Of a stretch of 64,000 bases of DNA, positions 63,628-64,000 are shown piece by piece. Position numbers and translations under genes: made by a program. The notes beneath the pieces were generated by a model. The model was not told where the DNA came from. It saw nothing but the letters and a program-made list of their open reading frames with translations, and made no database searches. Each line of letters opens with the position of its first letter. The stretch's first letter is position 1. Source of the stretch: Botryllus schlosseri (lineage: Eukaryota); assembly GCA_051294905.1 (NCBI GenBank), contig CM119377.1, forward strand, positions 28,892,001 through 28,956,000. The letters are read 5' to 3'.

Positions 63628-64000
63628 TTCTAGTAAGAAAAAGATACTTTCAAGTAATAAGATTCACTCAAGACAGCAAATTTAGATAATGTAAATATAT
63701 CATATTGTAGTAATACAACTACAGTGTTGAGTTTTCACTCTAGTCCCAATAAGCACCACGTCGGTGACCTTGCCAAATTCCGAGAAGGCGAGAAAGTGCA
63801 AACTCTGTTGGGCCGAATGGACAATGGACATTCAGTTATTCACAGATGCGAAAAAAATACTGCAAATCCGTTTTACGTAAGTTACATTAGGAATATATAT
63901 ACAGGCTACAGAATGAATATATTTCAAATATCTGTGATACCACTGTATTACTTTTGACGCAAAAGGTCCCCGGCATTCAAAAAAACTATTTGGTGATTGA

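Overview
This is AT-rich eukaryotic (animal, probably marine invertebrate) DNA with no recognisable host gene, RNA gene or CRISPR array. Most of the 64 kb is a stack of nested, mostly decayed transposable elements, many with readable TIRs and target-site duplications (TSDs). From left to right: (1) an L1/Tx1-clade LINE whose ORF1 carries three-deep hAT MITEs; (2) a spliced PIF/Harbinger transposase with a full-length Ty3/gypsy LTR element (8253-14567, TSD TAGGG) in intron 1; (3) a CR1/L2-group LINE containing a hAT MITE that contains a Kolobok element; (4) a Harbinger-type MADF gene and further hAT and Harbinger derivatives; (5) a 19.8-kb five-level nest (31793-51620) built around a long-TIR P-superfamily element that appears to carry two convergent genes; (6) two more P/THAP9-like transposase relics; (7) a second Tx1 LINE lacking EN/RT but with an acidic tail. 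The most interesting signals are the two-gene P element, a self-complementary PBS in the gypsy element, a hAT derivative made of two 3' ends, a TTAGGG-rich foldback element and a templated insertion copied from 3.4 kb away. All family assignments are from motif recognition by eye; no database search was run.
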